Source: Octopus bimaculoides (lineage: Eukaryota). From it: DNA of 64,000 nt. The number at the start of each line of letters is the position of its first letter. Positions within the stretch are counted from its first letter, which is position 1. The stretch covers positions 163,636,492 to 163,700,491 of the forward strand of contig NC_068983.1 of assembly GCF_001194135.2 (NCBI RefSeq), in the 5' to 3' direction. The position numbers and the translations under genes were made by a program. The notes below the pieces were generated by a model. The model was not told the origin of the DNA. It ran no database searches and worked only from the letters and a program-made list of their open reading frames with translations. Below, in pieces: positions 24,779 through 37,600 of the stretch.

Positions 24779-24996
24779 CCTTTTCGATACCGTATTTCTG
24801 TTGAGATGCTCTGTGTTTCAATTGATTTTAGAAATAACAAAGAATTTAGTAAAATAACTTAGCTATCATTAAACTAGTGTTAGGAGCATAAATTGTGACT
24901 AAGGTTTGGTGGAAGATTTTAATTCAGAACTTATAAAAACAAGACATTTACACTACAAAGCCAGAGGTGGTTTCAATCGGGTTGGTATTAAAAGGG
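24779..24996. mobile_element. piggyBac-like MITE
   Basis: TTAA-CCTTTTCGATACC ... GGTATTAAAAGGG-TTAA: TTAA on both flanks and ~13-bp imperfect TIRs. Confidence 0.7.
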
Positions 24997-25122
24997 TTAA
25001 GTATGTGCAACAACAAAATAGTTAATATCACTGCTGACCTTTTCTAGAGCCCGCTCTATGATCACGCACCCAGCTAGAAACAGGGGCTAAATCTCCCTCC
25101 CAACAGACTTTACTGTTTAAAA

Positions 25123-25705
25123 CAGGGGTTCTTAACCGTTTTTTTTTTTTTTTACCTATGGAACTCTTTGGTTACCATTTTTTTCTGTTGGATACCAATA
25201 GCCATTCGATATTTAAAATATATTTTTTAGAAACTTCTTTCAACATTCCTATTTTGTTTTACACACATTAACTTGTGTGGTTCGAACCACGTAAAATGTT
25301 AGGGGGGAAAGAACCTACCTGTTTCTTGCAATACACACCAATACATACATCTAAAGCAGGATTTCTCCACTATTTCTTATCTATGGACCCCTTTCATTAC
25401 TATTTTATTCTGGTGGACCCCCGATAGCCATTTGATGGTTAAGAATTAGTTTTATAGAAACTTCTTTCCAAATTCTTATTTTGTTTTTCACACACTAACT
25501 TGTCGGAGGTTGAACAATGTAAAATGCTAGAGAAAGAAATCAATGTTTCTTGCAATACACACCAATATATACATCCAAAGCAAAAATCTTTTCAGAGGCC
25601 CTTAAAATACAATTGTGGACCCCTAATTTACTATTCTGCTGTGTGGACCCCCAAAAATGTTATATGGACCTTCAGGGCCATATCGAACCGGGTCGAGAAG
25701 CGCTA
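25123..25705. mobile_element. hAT (Charlie/Buster-like) MITE with an internal ~230-bp tandem duplication
   Basis: Ends CAGGGGTTCTTAACC ... GGTCGAGAAGCGCTA, with 8-bp TSD gtttaaaa / ttttaaaa (7/8 identical). Duplicated units lie at ~25123-25350 and ~25353-25590. Confidence 0.75.
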
Positions 25706-25789
25706 TTTTAAAAGATATTACGTAATGCAATCGCGTTATGCAATTCCTGAATATATAAATACAACTTAGCTTTTATAATTAATTTTTCA

Positions 25790-26260
25790 CTTAAATCAGT
25801 CAATGGGATGCGGCCATGCCGAGGCATTGGTTTAGGGGATTTTGTCAAACACAAAAAACTCCATTACTTATTTTCTAAATTAGGTACGTATTCCATTGGT
25901 GTTTTTTTGCCGAACTGCTATGTTAAGGGGACATAAATAAACTAATACCGGCTGTCAAGCAGTAGTGGGGGCTATGAATACGAAGACGTACTCGCATGCC
26001 CATAATACACACACACACGCATGCTCACATACAAACAAACACAGGCACAAGCACACACATACACACACAAACACACACCCTTACACACATGTGCACACAC
26101 ACATATGAAAATATACGATGTGCTTCCTCCCAGTTTCCTTCTAACAAATTCATTGGTCGTCCCCGAGGCTACAGTTGAAGATAGATGTCCAAAGTGCCGA
26201 GCTGTTTGATTGAACCAAAAACCTCTTGGTTACAAAATGAGCTTCTTAACCACATCCATG
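25790..26260 (-). mobile_element. SINE family B, diverged
   Basis: tgcggccatgccgaggca ... (CA)n ... ttcctcccagtttccttctaacaaattcattggtcg ... cttcttaaccacatcc. Confidence 0.75.
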
Positions 26261-26739
26261 CATGGTAATTGAGTGGTTTTGATCATAGATCTGCTTCAAC
26301 TCATCCGAAATATGGTTGTAAAAATAACAACAACAACAATAACAATGATTTCCTAAGAAATGAAAGAAATATAATTACGTTCTTGGTTCTTGGGTGTTCT
26401 CTACGCAAAAATTATTGTTTTTCATCACTAGGCAACCGTCAGCCTGTCCAGTTCTTTCGTCATAGGAAAACAGCTTAACCATATTTAGATCAATGAGTTA
26501 CAGATTAATTTTACATAGCATATATTTTTCTTCTTTTGTTTTTTTCTAATTTCAATAATTTGCCAATAGATTATAGACAAGCTTCAGAGAATACAAATTG
26601 GCGATATAATTTCGATCCAAACATGGCGGCATTTCTCTTTTAATCTGGATTTGCGGTATTTTGTAAGCGAAGTGGGAGGGTACAATATCAAACAAATCCG
26701 GCACCTCTAGATAGAAAATATAAAAACCATGTATACGCT

Positions 26740-27793
26740 CTTTTTATATCTTATGCTCACTTACAAATATATATATATATAAAAACATATATGCACACAT
26801 ATAAATATGCTTGTATTAATAAATACATGTATTATATATTGCGTATATATGTATAAATATCTTGTCACTTTGCAAGTGACCGGCTTCAATTCTACGAAGA
26901 TATTAAAAATACAGAGGAGAAAAAACACACACATAACTGCGTGCATATACACACACACCCATCACTAGACATGAATGTGGGTATATATAAATATATATAT
27001 GTACACACATATATGTATGCATGTGTGTATGTTTTTAAATATATGTACACACACATATCTATATTTACACATGTATTTATATACATCAATTTCTCTCTCT
27101 TCATATATATAAATATATATTTATATATGTGTATATATATATGTATATATATTATATATACATGCACACACACACACATAGACACACACACACACATATT
27201 TGAAACTATTTGCAGTCGAAAAATATTGATGTATACAGATGGAGAGAGAAGCCTCTACGTACCCCCCACGCACTCAGATACATTTATAAATATATATTGT
27301 TATTTGACTATAGGTCCTTTTAGTAATACGCATAACGTACATGGTTTTGGCTTTTATTTAATTTTTTTTTTCCAATAAAAGCAAATATCTAACTGGAAAA
27401 ATACACCCATATACATGAAATACGATGCGCATAGGAACACTAGAACACACACGCACACACACACACACACACACAAACACATACTCACACAACACACACA
27501 TACACACACACATATACACGCACACATACACACACACACACATATATATATGCATATATATATACAGAGACATATACATATACACATATACATATATATC
27601 TATATATACATGAATATATAGGCATATATAGACATATACAAGCACACACGCATACACACAGATAACAGATTATATATATATACATATATACACAGATATA
27701 TATACAAATATATATTTATACGTATGTGTATTATATGTACATATATATATATATAATACATATACAAGCACACTCACATACACAATAACAGAT

Positions 27794-27853
<60 letters not shown>

Positions 27854-27959
27854 CACACAGACAAACCTATAGTGAATATTAATTCAAAGTAGACATAAGC
27901 AAGGGAAATACAATCGTACTATACAATGCAATAATGTTTCAGAGAGAAACAGAAAGAAA

Positions 27960-28005
<46 letters not shown>

Positions 28006-28010
28006 TTGAG

Positions 28011-28045
<35 letters not shown>
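26740..28045. repeat. Compound (TA)/(CA)/(TG)/(GA) low-complexity field
   Basis: Interleaved dinucleotide runs that account for the many HTHT/YIYI/CVCV ORFs. Similar fields lie at ~41670-42130, ~47170-47715 and ~55860-56210. Confidence 0.9.
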
Positions 28046-28048
<3 letters not shown>

Positions 28049-28639
28049 AAGATCTGTTGATATACGTTGTTTTGGCAACATAAAGTTTAATAGCATAATT
28101 TGTCTTTACACTTGAATGGTATTCTAGTTTCGTGTTTCTTTCGCTTTTCTTTCGTTTTTATCTTGTAGGTAATATATATACAATATTTGGAGATATTACC
28201 ATATTTAGTAATATTTGGTAATATTACAATATTTAAAGATCAAGGAACAAACGTAAAAGAAATACGTGAAACAATAATATACGGGGTGTTTAGTAGAAGA
28301 AAGAAAAAAAAAACTAGTCTCAGTAGTGCAATATTTGCCAGCAAAACAATAAGCTTTCTTTTGATTAGCCATAAGACTCTCCCTCTACAGATATATTAAA
28401 GAAGAGAAAAAAGACGATTCTGTGAGATTCATGCTTGTCTTAAAAGCGAATTTTAACTACAATACCTACTCACTTTTCTCTACGGCATTCGTAAGAGATT
28501 TAACCAGAAGCGTCACTGATGTGAATATCAAATGGGAGTTGATCATTAATTGGTTTCAGTGCCTTAAATATCAATTTATTTCACTGAGCGAATTATGTTA
28601 TTTTACTTAAATTCTCTAGACAAGTACAACTGCTGTGGA

Positions 28640-29200
28640 GGAAATTTTTTAGAATTTTATTTTAAATAACCCCAGAGGGCACTCACTACACGAATTGGGG
28701 ACATGACTGATCTCAATTGCAGGGATCGCCTTAAAGCTTTGAAACTCTACCCTCTCCAGCGCTACCGCGAGTGGTATATCAGTTGCACGATGTGGAGAAT
28801 ATACTGCCAGCATTGTCCAAACGACCTGAACATTAGCTTCAAGATTCATCCAAGGCTGGGATCACGGGCCATACGTCCCCTGCCCAATTCAGGATCACAA
28901 CATATAGGTACACTGCGACACAATTTCTTTTCCTCAACAGGCCCTGCTCTGTTTAACATTGTCCCAAAACTGATCAAAGAGGAAAAGGATACCATCACCT
29001 TTAAACTGAGTCTGGACAGATTTCTTCAAGGAATACCAGATAAGCCACCCATATCTGGATACAACTCACTCAACAAGAACTCACTACTTCAATGGACCAT
29101 AATACCACAAAACTTGACTAAAAATGATTTAGATATTCCTAATAGGTGGTGCTATTAAGTTAGACATGGCATGGACCAATCTTTGGTCGAAACATATCTC
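28640..29200 (+). mobile_element. CR1/L2-group LINE 3' end
   Basis: ORF 28703-29158 has RLKALKLYPLQRYRE...GPALFNIVPKLIKE...FKLSLDRFLQGIPDKP...NSLLQW, typical of the CR1-group C-terminus. Confidence 0.85.
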
Positions 29201-29349
29201 AGTTTTTATCTAAGTTTTAAAAGGACCTCTACAATCATGCATATCACACGAAGTGTAATTCCAATCCTTCTCTGAGATATAGCAAAACCGTAATAATTTA
29301 CGTAATGCTTTATAAGTAAGTTAATAAACCTTATATAAAATAAATATAT

Positions 29350-29735
29350 AGGCGCGGGAGTGGCTACGTGGTAAGAAGTTTGCTTTCCAACCACATAGTT
29401 CCGAGTTCAGTCCGATTGCGTGGAAGCTTGGGCGGACTAAAACTTTGTGTGTGGATCTGGTAGACGGAACCTGAAAGAAGCCCGTCGTTAGCCACTACAC
29501 ATTCTTTATTTTCTCTCCTTGTTTCTTTCTGTGTTTCTTTCTGTGGAAGAGCGTAGGCTCGAAACGTTAAAGACTTTTTCAGTTTCCGAGCATTACACTA
29601 ATACATCTGTTTGTTGTCTACACCACCTGTCTTCGTCTTTTGTTTTTTTTGTGAATTCTCCCTATATATNNNNNNNNNNNNNNNNNNNNNNNNNNNNNNN
29701 NNNNNNNNNNNNNNNNNNNNNNNNNNNNNNNNNNN

Positions 29736-29797
<62 letters not shown>

Positions 29798-30008
29798 CTG
29801 TGTGTCTGTGCTTGTCCCGCACCACCACTTGACAGCTTGTGTTGGTGTTTTTACGTTCCCGTAACTTAACGATTCGGCAAACATGGGCGATAGAATAAGT
29901 AACAGGTTTAAAAAAATAAGAACACTGGGGTGAATTCAATCAGCTAAAATTCTTCGAGGCAGTGCTCCAGCTTGGCCGCAATCTGATCACTGAAACAAAA
30001 AGATAGAA
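29350..30008 (+). mobile_element. SINE family B with a nested PLE-like fragment (29490-29669)
   Basis: The head ggcgcgggagtggctacgtggtaag... and tail gtgctccagcttggccgca flank the insert and microsatellite. Confidence 0.85.
29536..29573 (+). ncRNA. Minimal hammerhead motif (A6U core variant) in a PLE-like 3' fragment
   Basis: Reads tcttt-CTGTGGA-a-gagc(gtag)gctc-GAAAC-GTT-aaaga. Stem I is 5 bp, stem II is a perfect 4 bp with a tetraloop, stem III is the palindrome AACGTT, and there is one core deviation. Confidence 0.6.
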
Positions 30009-30059
30009 GGATATATTGCAGCATATGTCAAATAGTTAACTGATATCAACATATTCTTT

Positions 30060-30370
30060 TCTACTCTGGGCACAAGGCCCGAAATTCATGGGGTGAGGGG
30101 TCAGTCGATTATAATAATTACAGGTACATGTCCTGATTTTTTGTTGGGGAGGGGACTGGTTAATTGCATTAGTCCCCGTGATTAACTGGTACTTATCTTG
30201 TCGATACCGAAAAGATGAAAGGTATAGTCGACCTCAGTTCCGCCGAGGTCGAATTTGCCTTTCATCCTTTAGGAGGTCGATAAAATAAGTACCACTTCAG
30301 CACTGGGGTTGATATAATCGACTAGGCCCCCTCGCCAAACATCTTAATCTTGTGCCTACTGTAGAAAAGG
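30060..30370. mobile_element. Cluster of SINE family A fragments on both strands forming a foldback
   Basis: Minus fragments at ~30060-30235 and a plus fragment at 30236-30370. Confidence 0.8.
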
Positions 30371-30519
30371 AAATGGTGAAAGGTCGAGCTGTGGAACTCT
30401 GATAGAAGAACTAGAAAGCTGCTCACAGTGTAAACGCACTCCATTCTAAAAAGCAATGCCAATCAACCCTACCTACGAAGAAAGAAATGTGAAAGAGGAT
30501 TATTAAACGCAGAAGCACT

Positions 30520-31060
30520 GCGAGACTGAGTCTGAAGCATCATGTTGTGTAGAATAAAGAATGAATACTTTTGGAAGAAGTCAGGGTTACTCAAAAGGTG
30601 ACTAAAACAACAGGAGAGTTCAAAGAGAAAAGGTAGAGCAACAGAATAAACAAATGAAAAAAAATGGAATGGCCAATTCATGCAACAAACCGAGAATATT
30701 GAAAGCAAAGATCGCTGGCTTTGGCTGACGGACGGGAACTTGAAACGAAAGATAGAAACGCTAATTATAGCCGCTCTGGAACAAACCCTCTGACAGAGCC
30801 ATAGATCGATAAATCTCAATGAGACAGCAAACGCATTATCTACAGGAAAGGTGACGAAAGTATCAATCATATTTTGAGTGAGTGCAGTATACCAACACAA
30901 AAGGAGTGTGTAAGCAAAAGACGCTATGGGATATTAGCCGAGTGTATGGCTTCAAAACAACTGGAAAGTGGTAAGAACACGAACCAGATGCGAATAACAA
31001 GATCTTGTGGAACTGACGATACAATTGAAGGAAGAAGACCAGACATAGTTATTGAGGGGG
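30520..31060 (+). mobile_element. Decayed R4/Dong-like fragment (post-RT region to RLE PD motif)
   Basis: Translates as WLWLTDGNLKRKIETLIIAALEQTL ... RRPDIVI, with many stops. Confidence 0.7.
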
Positions 31061-31062
31061 CC

Positions 31063-31239
31063 CACCTGCGGGGTCATGCGCTGTTTATCTTGATATGAGA
31101 TCAGCATGTCTCGCACATATAGTTGTGATGCATGTGCCTGGTGTACCCTTATCAGACGGGTAGTCATGATGGGTATACTGGGCTTCGTATATTTTATTAC
31201 CCTAGTGTCACTTTGATGGCATGCACTACTCTATCACTC

Positions 31240-31240
<1 letters not shown>
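31063..31240 (+). mobile_element. Family D element 3' portion followed by (AAT)n
   Basis: gatatgagatcagcatg...cccttatcagacgggtagtcatgatgggtatactgggcttcg...ctatcactca-(AAT)n matches the reverse complement of the 42.5 and 43.7 kb copies. Confidence 0.8.
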
Positions 31241-31294
<54 letters not shown>

Positions 31295-31295
31295 G

Positions 31296-31980
31296 TAATA
31301 GTAATGCGAAACGAGCAAGTATCTCCGCTGTGCCACATCTGCAATAGAGTGGATGAAATTATTGCTCACATCACGAATGAATGCCTTAGCCTTGCCCAAA
31401 ACCACTACAAGATGTGGTGATACGTCCAGGTAGCAAAGGTAGTACATTGAAAAGTGTGCGAAAAGTAGGGACTAGAGAGAGGTAAGACGTAGTATGAGCA
31501 CAAACCGCAGAGAGTGGCAGAGTCGGAGACAAGCAAAATCCTCTGAGATTTTCCAATCCAAACAGATTAGGTGCTAGAGTATAACAGACCGGACCTAGTG
31601 GTGGTGGACAAGGTGCACCACGTATGCTATATAGTTGACGTTGCATGCCCCTTTGACCCACAAATTGCCAGGAAGGAAGACGAAAAGATAGATAAATGCA
31701 ACACTCTTAAGTACGAAATAGCTCGACTATGGAAAACGAAGGTGAAGGTAGTGCCAATTAATGCTGGGTCCTTAGGAAGAATATCAGAAGGCATCAAGAA
31801 GACTATTACGGAAATTGGAATAGAGTGTCCAGGTTTGCTTCCTTGGCACGGCCAGAATAATCAGGGAAAGTATTAGATAGCTGAAAAAACGAATATCATG
31901 GTATCGTAGGTTGCAAGTAGTAAGCCCACTACGCATACAAGACTCCAGGATCTGTAATAAAACCTGTGATAAAGAGAAAA
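31296..31980 (+). mobile_element. R4/Dong-like 5'-truncated copy (CCHC, RLE, 3' UTR) flanked by TAA repeats
   Basis: CHICNRVDEIIAHITNEC knuckle, then YNRPDLVVVDK...IVDVACPFD...KEDEKIDK...LKYEIARLW...VVPINAGSLG (ORF 31571-31876). (AAT)n lies 5' and taataataa lies 3'. Confidence 0.9.
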
Positions 31981-34514
31981 TAATAATAACATAAAAATGT
32001 AGCTTTTGGCCGTTAATTCTTCCAGCAGATCTTTGCAGTGTAGACGGTTTGGCGGGTGCAGTATCAAATATCTAAACTTTGATATTTTAAAATGTCCAAA
32101 TGTAGGGGGTAAAATCCTCTACAATGTTGTAAATTTTAGCCGTAATACCTGAGTGAATGAGTGACTTTCCGGGGCGTTGTCTGTCCATGTTGATCCTTCA
32201 TATGTATATGTAGGTCTGGACAATGTATACCTTAAGGAAAGGCCAAAGATCTGGACCGAAAGTAATGTCTGGAACGCAAAGCACGATTCTCCAGCAACTC
32301 TGCAGATCCCCAAACCCTGGATTCGTACTTCTTATCGACCACAAAACCATGAAAAGCTAAAACTGACTTCGGAAGAAGGTCGGAATAAATATCTCAATCA
32401 ATTCATTCCAATGCTATAACAGTCCGACTCCTTTGCCACCTCCGCTGACCTCATGCAATAATATTTTAGTTACATATGGTTTAATATAATATTATAAGAA
32501 TAACATGTCATTTTGTACACTCTTCTATAATAACATGTCGCTCTTTTCCTGTGACATCGCAATCCTCTTCGATAAATGACTGCGTAGTTATATACACAAA
32601 CTTAAATACATACACATTTAATTGTGTGTGTATATGTATATGGGCGAACATGCATACGGGTGCGTGTGTAAATGTATGTGTGTGTATCTGCATGTGCTTA
32701 TATATGTATGTATATATATATGTATATATGTATATACACATACATACATATACATACACGCATACATTTATACTCTGAAATATTCTTGTACAAATGGCAT
32801 GTGCTTCCCTCCAATATAATACAGTTTAAGTTAAAAATACGACAGTTAGAAAATATAATGTTGAATATTACATTGACTTCTGGCTTCAAACTCGGCACAT
32901 TTTTTACAGTGAATAAATTAAGTTATTTAGACATATTAAAATGTAGTGTTTAAATTTTGCATCATGAAGGAAAAAAGTCATAAAGACGAAAAAAAAGAAA
33001 AAAAAAACAAACCTTATTAATAAGTTTTAATCTTAGCTGCATTTATGGAGATCCATTAATTTTAGTCACAGTAATGGAATTTACGCAGATTCTTTTACAG
33101 TAATAATAAACCCCATTCTCGAATCTTTGGAGTTGTTTAAATTCTAAAACTTTCATTTCTAAGTTTATATCATAGGATTCTCTACAATCTCCCCATTATA
33201 AATAATCTTATACTATAATTATCACACTTATATTGTAATGGTAAGTAATTTTTCTGTCTGTCTGACTTTGTTTCTCTCTTCCTTTCCCTCCCTCGCTTTC
33301 TCTCTTCAAGAAATGTTCTTAATTTAATGATTCTATATATTTGGCTAATCATCTTAAATCCTACCGAACCCAATTTCCCTATACCATAATTCCGCCAATT
33401 CTAACAATCGACAGTCTTCACTTAGCAAGAAATCTCATATTATCTCCATCGTATCTAACTTGTTCAATTTACTTCTTAAACCCATCATTATTTCGACAGT
33501 AAATCAAATGATTCTGACGCCGAATCGCTGCTGTACTGTGCACTTTAAATAATACATGTCTATTATCTCGAATCAATTTAATCTCGCTTTCTGGCGACAT
33601 TTGCATAGAAGCAATTATGTAATTATGTAATCCCGGCGCTATAGGAACGGTCAATTTTGCCCTCAAAATGTTCACACTGTTGTAAACTTTAATAACAGTT
33701 ATTTACTTCATTTTGTCAAACCTAATCAATCTCATCTACATTTTCAGAGTATCTCATCAGAAAAAAACCTACTCAAATTGCTAAATTTATATAGAATACA
33801 TAATCAAGAATTGTTCTCATGTGAAACGAAACAGCGAGGAAGCTTTAATGAAATTTCTTTATTTGTACCAAAATATTCATCTTCAAATAGAGTTGCTACG
33901 ATCAATACAACCCGCCGGTTTCAATCTTACTACTGCTCAAAACCGCATTTACAACGTCTAAAGAAAGTAGGAGACTTGGAATCAAATCCTTTTTCACTGG
34001 TTTGATTCCAGTTTACAAAAGTAGCTTATATATTTTATATATAAATATGTGTTCGAGTGTGTGTGTGTATGTATGTATGTGTGTGTGTGTGTGTGTGTGC
34101 ATTGAGAAGCAAAGAAAGAAAAAAAGGAAAAAGACAACGCAGGCGGGACAAGTTTTAACAAGCATACTAAAAATTTAACGCGTAAAATGGAAAAGAATCT
34201 TAACGCTTCGGACTTGAGTCCAACATCAAGAGAAAATTATAGATGAGAAGTAAAGGAGTATACAAAAAGAAAAGTGGCTGAGGAGAGATAAAAGGAAAGA
34301 AACGAAAAAAGGACGTGTATATATACATAATGTACACACACATGCATGTATGTAAATTTACAGTAATAAAAATGACTTGAACAATCAATATATTTCAACA
34401 AATGCGACGACGTTGGTTGCGCATCTCGTTCCTCCTGTTATATTACATAATCTGAAAGAACATTCAAACACAAACAATATTTAATTAGTAAACGCTAACT
34501 AGCAAAACTAAAAC

Positions 34515-34560
<46 letters not shown>

Positions 34561-34783
34561 TTTTCTCTCTCTCATTCCGTCTGTTCTTCTGTTTCTCTCT
34601 CTTACTCTGAATATATTTGTGTGTCTATATTTTCATGAAGACGTCTTTTTTTTATAATATAAACACACTTAGCGTCACACATGACATCTGGTCAACGACG
34701 GTTCAGCGACTGACGATAAAAACAGTAAGGAGTTAGTTAACTCATCACTCACGTCTTATATTGAGAAATAACACGTTCCCCCC

Positions 34784-34817
<34 letters not shown>

Positions 34818-34819
34818 AG

Positions 34820-35242
34820 TCACCGTTACCTCTGTCTCGGATGCCATCGAAGAGAGAGTCGGTAGAAGTAGCAACAACAGCAATCTACGTAGCAACAATG
34901 ATGGCACATCAGAACGACACCAAATCTGAGAGGAAGATTAGCAACAACAATAACCTATTCAACATTAAAAAAATCAAGCATAACAAGCAAATGGCAAAAG
35001 CAGCAACAACAAAAAACACAGCACCACCACCACAAACAACAACAACAACAACAACAACAGCTGTAGCAGCAATGCCAACAGGCAAACATACAAAAGCAAT
35101 CTTTACCAACTTCATTGATGTAAACGGAAACGAAATTAATTTAATGTATAAGACAAACGCAAAAAATACAGGCAGAAGTGCGATGGGGTGGGGCGTTATG
35201 AACTGGTCATTTAAAACATTACCAGGCAGACATATCTGCTAA
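34820..35242 (+). other. Candidate exon of an unidentified gene
   Basis: A (CT)n polypyrimidine tract ends in CAG at 34819. One frame is open to 35242 and another gives TVTSVSDAIEERVGRSSNNSNLRSNNDGTSERHQI* (stop 34927-34929). No recognisable homology. Confidence 0.2.
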
Positions 35243-35792
35243 AGAATTCCTATGTGTAATGGCAATGTTTGGAAACGGAACGAGAAGGAATCAATAGGGT
35301 GTGGTCTTGCATGGAATCATTCACCGCTGAGAAAACCGGATTATCAATCTTTCTCCATTACCAGTGTGTGACCTCTCACCTCTCACTTCTTGCCCGTATC
35401 AACTTTTTAGGGATAGAAACTAGAAATTCAGTTAGAAATACGTTTCTTTCAAGTACCCTCAACTCACTCGTTAGAAATAGTTGTCATCTGGATTTCAGAG
35501 TCATGCATTTGTTTCCGTCCTCGAATGTATTCATCCTTTTCTCAGTCCTGAATAGGCACGGGTTTGCCGTGTTGTTTCATATTCCTGGAACCAGGTGATA
35601 AATTGGTGGCACAAGACATGGACAGAAGTGAAGGTTTGTCATCAGGCGAGAAGTCGTCTAGCGCCGCACGCTTGGATTTTTGTGAATTCCATTTGTTAGA
35701 CTAAACTCTCCAAGACACGTAAATTCTAATTTACTATAATTTACTATGTTAAAGAGGTAGCTTCTCATTGGAGTAGTTGGTGTGTTCTACTA

Positions 35793-35824
<32 letters not shown>

Positions 35825-36229
35825 NNNNNNNNNNNNNNNNNNNNNNNNNNNNNNNNNNNNNNNNNNNNNNNNNNNNNNNNNNNNNNNNNNNACCCTTGTA
35901 AATAGTTTTAAATCATATCAAATCATACGTAAAGAAAACGGTGAATTGTGTAAATAGTCCATGGCAATAATACATGTCGATTTCCTGCCACATGTTGTTT
36001 AAAGCAGTCACCGATAGCTAACAAGACAGAGGAAATCTGGATTCACCCTTAAATATTCATATTGTGTGAAAGGGCTGAGTTTAACTTTGTTCTCGACTAG
36101 GAATGGTTGAGTTTTCTGAGTTACTATTGTAAGTATTTTACTTATGTGTAGGACCTTCAACGTGCAACAATGTAATATGCTATCAGATACTATCATATTA
36201 TGGAACCAGTTTCCCCTATCTAATAGATC

Positions 36230-37600
36230 ATGCTTTCTGATGGTGCTAAACGTTTGTGTTCCATAGTTTCTTCCTAGTATGCTTCAGCAATCGTTTATAT
36301 ATGCCATACAGCATTAGGATTTTCGTTGACGTCCCTTTAAAATGTTCTTCTATTTATTTCAAATATCTTCTCTCCAAAGAAGCGCTCGTGCTTTTCCAAG
36401 AGTCTCATATTACATATATTTGGTGACAAGATTTTTTCAAGTTTTTCTTTTATTTCTTGGATCTTTTTAATGTTAAATTTTTCTTTTTATCTGGATGTTT
36501 CCTGTTTCATATTAGGTTTTATTTCTTTCCTCTTTTCTCGGTGAAGATAGATTTTTGTTTCCATATTTGTTTTCCAAATTTTATATAATATTTATTCTCC
36601 CTGTTTATTGTTGCTAGGCTACAGCTGCGTTTCCCCCAGAACCACCATGTTTACTGACAGATCAGATCATTTCGCCTCATGCTATTCCGCTTTATTTCCG
36701 TGAAGAACAAAAATACGTGTCAGTCTTAGTTACGCTTAGTTCTTCTTTTAAGAAGCCTCTTTCTTTTGGCAGCTTGTGGGGAAGTGATTTTTGTAAATCC
36801 AACTTTATTGATATTTGTATGGCCTTAGTCTATGGTTTCTTGACTGTTTCTGTTGGGTTTTTCTCAATATTAATTCTGTTTAATCTGTTGTTATTCTGTT
36901 TATTGTTAGATGGAAGGTCGCGGGTATATTTTGAAGGTGAGGTCGAGGATATATTTTGGCGGTGTATTTATCTGAGAAGCCCCCTGGTCTTTTCAAATAT
37001 CCTTCATCGTCATTTTGGCTTTCAGTTCCTCTTTCATTGTTTGTTATTGTTTTGTCGTAAAGGATTCTGTCTTTCTTTCCGTGTATGGTGGGTCCTGTAA
37101 AATTGTATGTTCGGTTCTATTTGTTGGGTTATTTTCTTTCTTCTTGTGTTTTGCGCATAGTAGATTCTGTTGCCATGGCTTCATTGCTTTCATTGACTAT
37201 CACAAAGACCGTATTCACGTTCTATAGGACAATATTCTTTAATAAAGGAGATATTAGAAACGACACAAAAACGGTTGGCACCAAGGCCTTAGTTTTCTAC
37301 AGAAGTTCGGTAGGGAGATCCGTTCCACCTGAAAAGTTTGGAACTTTTCATCAACACTGTCTTTGCAGCATCCTTGAAGTGAGTTAGAAGAGTTATCGAA
37401 CGAATATGTGTACCGTCAGTGGAATCAAAAGAAAATACAGCATTGACATAAACAAAAGAACCGAGATGAACAGGTCACCTTGTTCGAATGACTTATAACG
37501 AGTTTCTAAAACAAGTCTTTTATTTCCAACTGGACAAAAAAGGAAAACGTTAAAGCAAAGGACAGAAGAAGAATTTCTCAGACCTGTTAAAACTAGGGGT
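36230..37600 (-). mobile_element. Decayed Penelope-like element (RT-thumb-GIY-YIG remnant)
   Basis: Minus-strand fragments YVNAVF (YVDDIF-like, ~37440), EIKPNMKQETSR (GIY-YIG-like YIG.T.R, ~36510) and CNMRLLEKH (~36400), with a strongly A-rich coding strand. It lies downstream of the 38.1-kb hammerheads on the same strand. Confidence 0.4.

Noticed and set aside
32177-32419. 80-aa non-repetitive ORF as a host exon
   Set aside because: No recognisable domain or splice context. The opposite strand shows weak LINE endonuclease-like words (GGKGVGLL, YIVQTY), so an old LINE relic is at least as likely.
36612-36660. GAAACGCAGCTGTA half-site (minus)
   Set aside because: No CUGANGA partner at an appropriate distance.
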